Below, piece after piece: positions 63,183 to 64,000 of a stretch of 64,000 nucleotides of DNA. This DNA comes from Myxococcota bacterium (GTDB lineage: Bacteria > Myxococcota > UBA4151). Location: NCBI GenBank assembly GCA_036338695.1, contig JAYZBQ010000076.1, forward strand, positions 930 to 64,929, written 5' to 3'. The notes beneath the pieces are model-generated. The model worked only from the letters and a program-made list of their open reading frames with translations. It searched no databases and was not told the origin of the DNA. Every line of letters begins with the position of its first letter. Position 1 is the stretch's first letter. Position numbers and translations under genes: made by a program.

Positions 63183-64000
63183 GTGGCTGAAGAGGACAAA
63201 GACTCAAAAACTGAGATGCCGACGCCTCAGAAGATTGAGGACGCCCGCAAGAAGGGGCAGGTCGCCTTCAGCCGTGAGGTGGGCTCGGTAGTCATCGTTT
63301 TTGGCGGAGCGCTCGCCTTTTTGGCTTTTGGGCGTTCGCTCGCCAAGGGGGTGATCGAGCTCACCGAGATCGCCTACCATCGCATCGCACAGCCCAACGC
63401 GCCGCTCGGCGACCTCGTGATGGACCTAGCGCTGCTGGTGGGGATTCCGCTGGCGGGGATCATGATCTTTCTCGGGCTGTTGTTGTTCGCCGCCAGCTTT
63501 GCGCAGGTGGGGGCGCTGGTGGCTTGGGAGGCGATCAAGCCTGACATCAACAAGCTCAACCCGATCAAAAAAGCCAAACAGATGTACTTCAGCGTTCAAG
63601 GGTTCGCCGATTTCGTCAAAGCGCTGCTCAAGATCGTCGGGCTCGGCTTTGTGGGGTATCTCGTGCTCCGGAGCCGATTTTATGAGCTACCGTCAATTAT
63701 TTGGATGCACCCGGCGGAAGGTCTGGGGAAGGTCGGCGAGATCGCCTTGTTTCTGGTCTTCTCGGTCGCTGCCTTGCTCGCAATCATCGCAACGATCGAC
63801 GTGTTTTATGTGCGCTGGAAGTACACGCGCGACCTGATGATGAGCTTGCGCGATATCCGCGACGAGACCAAAGGGCGAGAGGGCTCTCCTGAGGTCCGAA
63901 GCAAGCGCCGTCAAAAGCAGGTCGAGATGAGCCAACAACGCTTAGGTTCGACGGTTCCGACCGCTGATGTCGTCGTGACCAACCCGACGCACTTCGCGGT
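63183..64000 (+). CDS. flhB: Flagellar export apparatus protein FlhB (N-terminal part; continues beyond the window)
   Basis: GTG at 63183 with GAGAGGGG upstream. VAEEDKDSKTEMPTPQKIEDARKKGQVAFSREV parallels the E. coli FlhB N-terminus MAEESDDDKTEAPTP...AREEGQ. Open to the window edge. Confidence 0.85.
   Translation, partial: MAEEDKDSKTEMPTPQKIEDARKKGQVAFSREVGSVVIVFGGALAFLAFGRSLAKGVIELTEIAYHRIAQPNAPLGDLVMDLALLVGIPLAGIMIFLGLLLFAASFAQVGALVAWEAIKPDINKLNPIKKAKQMYFSVQGFADFVKALLKIVGLGFVGYLVLRSRFYELPSIIWMHPAEGLGKVGEIALFLVFSVAALLAIIATIDVFYVRWKYTRDLMMSLRDIRDETKGREGSPEVRSKRRQKQVEMSQQRLGSTVPTADVVVTNPTHFA

Overview
This 64 kb window is a high-GC (about 63-66%) chromosomal segment that looks like a Myxococcota/deltaproteobacterial genome (Bradymonadia-like). 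That placement rests on gene content: OmpA with thrombospondin type-3 repeats, Dickkopf-like Cys-rich lipoproteins, HprK, and flagellar genes at both ends. Coding density is very high, and many adjacent genes overlap by 4 nt (ATGA), which suggests translational coupling. No rRNA, tRNA, CRISPR array, transposase or integrase was seen. Gene blocks in order: (1) 3' end of a flagellar hook/rod gene, pdxA, three tandem parvulin-type SurA-like chaperones, mobA and moeA. (2) A LysM lytic transglycosylase and a multihaem cytochrome c lipoprotein. (3) plsY, an FHA-GGDEF gene and dnaE. (4) A large IPT/TIG-repeat protein. (5) A minus-strand operon mltF - unknown protein - beta-class DNA methyltransferase. 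(6) An LpoA-like lipoprotein, an AT-rich trough with a hypothetical gene, nadE and a PduO-type adenosyltransferase. (7) A minus-strand envelope operon: HEAT-like lipoprotein, Cys-rich protein, DUF4398, OmpA-TSP3, MMPL/RND transporter, small lipoprotein, plus a diverging DKK-like Cys-rich lipoprotein. (8) Hypothetical lipoproteins, a HAD phosphatase and argC, then kamA diverging from a Nudix-MBL fusion. (9) The conserved block kdsB-pyrG-kdsA-kdsC-lptA/C-lptB-rpoN-hpf-ptsN-hprK-rapZ-EIIA(Man)-HPr-EI, then rsfS. (10) Two hypotheticals, hup (HU), a HEAT protein and a PQQ beta-propeller lipoprotein. (11) The flagellar block motA-motB'-motB-fliL-fliM-fliN-fliO(long)-fliP-fliQ-fliR-flhB (partial). 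The most interesting candidates are the coupled envelope operon around the MMPL and OmpA-TSP3 genes, the mltF-unknown-methyltransferase operon, the MotA plus two MotB paralogues (the first lacking the proton-channel Asp), the long FliO, and the Nudix-MBL fusion. All calls come from reading the translated ORFs against remembered family signatures; no database search was run.
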